From a virus, in IMG/VR virus record IMGVR_UViG_3300045988_019579, positions 1 through 5,720 of that record: 5,720 nt of DNA; one strand, given 5' to 3'. The notes under the pieces were generated by a model, which was not told the DNA's origin, searched no databases, and saw only the letters and a program-made list of their open reading frames with translations. Below are positions 3,975 through 5,720 of this stretch, one piece after another. A program made the position numbers and the translations under genes. Every line of letters starts with the position of its first letter. Positions within the stretch are counted from its first letter, which is position 1.

Positions 3975-4994
3975 TTAGAGAATTCCACGTTTTTTCGTTT
4001 GTTTTTTGATAACACGCTCCTTTGTTTCTAACTGTGTTTTGTAGTCTTTGCCTTCCAGCTGTAGCCTTTTTTGCTCGATTGCTTTTCTTTGTCTGTTCTG
4101 CTTGATTCTCCAAAGCCTTTCAGGGTTTTCTTTTTCCATCATTTTTTCATAGTACCTCGGTATTTGTGCTTTCTTTCCGTTGGTGCATTGAATGTAGCCT
4201 TGTTTCCAGATTTCTTCTTTGTGCTCCTGATAGTAGGCATCTCCTAGCCCCGGTTTAAGTGACATACACGCGAATGGCTTTTGCTGTCCTAGCTCATAGT
4301 ATGCATTTGATTTCTGGCCGTTAATTTCGTACATCTTTTTCGTTACGTATCCTGCAACATATCTATATGTTTCTGGTACTGCTTGTGCGATTTGGATTTG
4401 TCCGTTTCCCCATAGCTTCTTCATCCATTCACTTGTGTAATACCCGTTGTGGTGAATTTTGTACAGCTGTTTCAGGTCTGTTGCTTCCCATCCGTATAGT
4501 ATCATATGGTAGTGCGGCCTTGCCGTTTGTTCTCCATATTCTCCCGCACAGAAGAACCTTAATTTTGCTTTGTATGCTTTTCTGAGTCTCTTTAAGAATT
4601 TTTGTACGTCTGTGTATAGTAGTGTTTGCACACTTTCCGGTGATTTTTCCCCCGGCTTCCATACATACTGTACTTTTCTCATGATTTCGCCCGTTTTAAG
4701 AATCATTCCCGGTACATGGTCATCATCATAGGTTAATGTTATAAACCATACTTGTTCTTTCGGCCATTGTCGCGCTTCTAGTTCAATTCTTGTTGTCCAG
4801 TCTTCTCTTTGCTGTATTCTGCATCCTATGCATTGCCCACAAGGTATTAACATAACCTTTGGTTCATACATCAAATCTTCATATTTTAATTTTTTGCCCA
4901 CTCTTTCAGAAAAGCGGGCAAGTGAATACACTTGCCCGCTGATTTCTCTGTTTTCTGGGCTGTATATCCGTATTAACGGTTTATAGCAGCTCAC
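3975..4994 (-). CDS. VP4: Replication initiation protein VP4 (HUH rolling-circle endonuclease, phiX174 gpA-like)
   Basis: 339-aa ORF with motif 1 FITLTYDD, HUH motif RPHYHMILYG and the catalytic double-Tyr motif YRYVAGYVTKK (compare gpA YVAKYVNKK). It also carries the gokushovirus-type N-terminus SCYKPL and the Cys cluster PCGQCIGCR. The start is GTG at 4994-4992, overlapping the VP2 TGA (GTGA). Confidence 0.93.
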   Translation of the reverse strand: MSCYKPLIRIYSPENREISGQVYSLARFSERVGKKLKYEDLMYEPKVMLIPCGQCIGCRIQQREDWTTRIELEARQWPKEQVWFITLTYDDDHVPGMILKTGEIMRKVQYVWKPGEKSPESVQTLLYTDVQKFLKRLRKAYKAKLRFFCAGEYGEQTARPHYHMILYGWEATDLKQLYKIHHNGYYTSEWMKKLWGNGQIQIAQAVPETYRYVAGYVTKKMYEINGQKSNAYYELGQQKPFACMSLKPGLGDAYYQEHKEEIWKQGYIQCTNGKKAQIPRYYEKMMEKENPERLWRIKQNRQRKAIEQKRLQLEGKDYKTQLETKERVIKKQTKKRGIL

Positions 4995-5716
4995 TTTAAA
5001 TAATCACCCGGCTTTCTCTTTTGTCCGTAGCTTCCTGTTTTGTCTTGCATGGTTATTGCGTTCTTTTTTGCGCCACCAAAGTTTTGTGCTGTTATGCCTC
5101 CATGCTCGTTTTTTCCGGATGTTCTGTTGTTTGGCACGTTGTTATTCATTACGTTATTGACACCCTGGTTAATTCCATCGAGTGCTTTTGCTAATCCATA
5201 CGGTGACATTCCTGTTGAACTTAGCATCTGATTCCAGCTTTGTGCTGCGTTGTACCAATCACTTTGTGACCAGCTTTCACTGCTGTACGAGTTTGGCACA
5301 AAGCCGCTTGCCCTGCTTACTCCTAAAGCACTTGCTGTCGGTGCTCCCATGCTTGCGCCTGAAATCGTTCCTGCGCTACCTCCCGGCGTGCTTGCGCCGC
5401 CGTTTTGGAATGCCAATATAGGATTAAGTCCAGCTTTTTTCATGTCCTCAACTGCCCTCTGATAGGCTGTATTTGACATGTATTCTTGCCATTCCCGGTT
5501 TTTCATTGCTTCTGTCGAGTTAAAGTTCATTGCCGCCGCGTTCTCGATGTGATTGTATATGCCTTGCGCGATTGCTCCCAACGTGTTGTAACCCATCTGT
5601 TCTAGCATCGATCGCTGGTTAAACTGGCTTTGTCTTTGTCCTTCTGCGTTCTGATATTGGTATGCGCCTTTTAGGTATTGCATTACCTGTTCGTCATTTG
5701 TTCCGGATTTGCTCAT
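4991..5716 (-). CDS. VP2: VP2 minor capsid / DNA pilot protein, C-terminal 241 codons. The ATG at 5716 is internal, and the real start is at window position 234 across the junction.
   Basis: It contains YQRAVEDMKKAGLNPILAF, the AGLNP motif typical of gokushovirus VP2, and a Gly/Ser/Ala-rich low-complexity tract. It lies between VP1 and VP4. The reading frame is open upstream through 5717-5720, which equals 52-55, and continues to 234. Confidence 0.85.
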   Translation of the reverse strand: MSKSGTNDEQVMQYLKGAYQYQNAEGQRQSQFNQRSMLEQMGYNTLGAIAQGIYNHIENAAAMNFNSTEAMKNREWQEYMSNTAYQRAVEDMKKAGLNPILAFQNGGASTPGGSAGTISGASMGAPTASALGVSRASGFVPNSYSSESWSQSDWYNAAQSWNQMLSSTGMSPYGLAKALDGINQGVNNVMNNNVPNNRTSGKNEHGGITAQNFGGAKKNAITMQDKTGSYGQKRKPGDYLK

Positions 5717-5720
5717 GCTC

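Noticed and set aside
3787-4113. 108-aa minus-strand ORF overlapping the VP4 3' end and running through the intergenic hairpins
   Set aside because: It starts at TTG with AAAGG only 2 nt upstream, which is poor spacing. Its C-terminal half is simply the translation of the hairpin arms and palindrome (RGRPLVSPLRQRPNSWGCRYR). Overprinted genes do exist in microviruses, so a conservation or ribosome-profiling check would settle it, but nothing in the sequence supports it.
4429-4662. 77-aa minus-strand ORF embedded in VP4 in another frame
   Set aside because: There is no SD upstream of its ATG, no recognisable motif and no transmembrane segment, so it is not an E-like lysis candidate. It is most likely a chance open frame.
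33-5462. All plus-strand ORFs in the track (33-305, 686-916, 1002-1304, 1314-1547, 1862-2068, 2206-2421, 2548-2772, 3229-3486, 3443-3625, 4367-4585, 5040-5231, 5182-5421, 5250-5462)
   Set aside because: Each lies antisense to a well-supported minus-strand gene or inside the repeat-rich intergenic region. They have Cys/Phe/Leu/Pro-rich shadow-ORF compositions, several use TTG/GTG starts, and none has a convincing SD. Microviridae genomes are transcribed from one strand only.
4991-5716. Taking ATG 5716 as the VP2 start, as the ORF track does
   Set aside because: The frame stays open upstream to the window edge and, after circular closure, for 61 more codons to an ATG at 234 that is preceded by an in-frame stop. 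There is no SD in front of the 5716 ATG.

Overview
This window is a complete, circularly permuted genome of a small ssDNA phage of the family Microviridae (gokushovirus-like gene set), shown as the complement of the coding strand. Bases 1-55 are identical to bases 5666-5720, so the unit genome is 5665 nt and the window ends are an assembly overlap. All genes I can support lie on the minus strand in one tightly packed, largely overlapping array. In transcription order this array is: sigma70-type promoter (about 3447-3475), M15/LAS-type zinc peptidase, two orphan small ORFs (38 and 75 aa), a 40-aa highly basic J/VP8-like DNA-binding protein missing from the ORF track, a 79-aa conserved small protein, VP3 internal scaffold, VP1 major capsid protein, a stem-loop, VP2 minor capsid/pilot protein (302 aa once joined across the circular junction), VP4 HUH replication initiator (GTG start overlapping the VP2 stop), and a strong hairpin. 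The plus-strand ORFs in the track look like antisense shadows. The unusual parts are (i) a cell-wall peptidase module in a phage family that normally lacks endolysins, and (ii) a 549-nt non-coding region (3426-3974). That region holds a promoter overlapped by a palindrome, arrays of AACATTTT/AACGTT iterons, an AT-only nick-site-like stretch, a tandem pair of 22-nt perfectly alternating purine/pyrimidine GC-rich repeats, and a cluster of long perfect hairpins. I propose this region as the replication/transcription control centre. All family assignments come from motif recognition by eye, and no database search was run.
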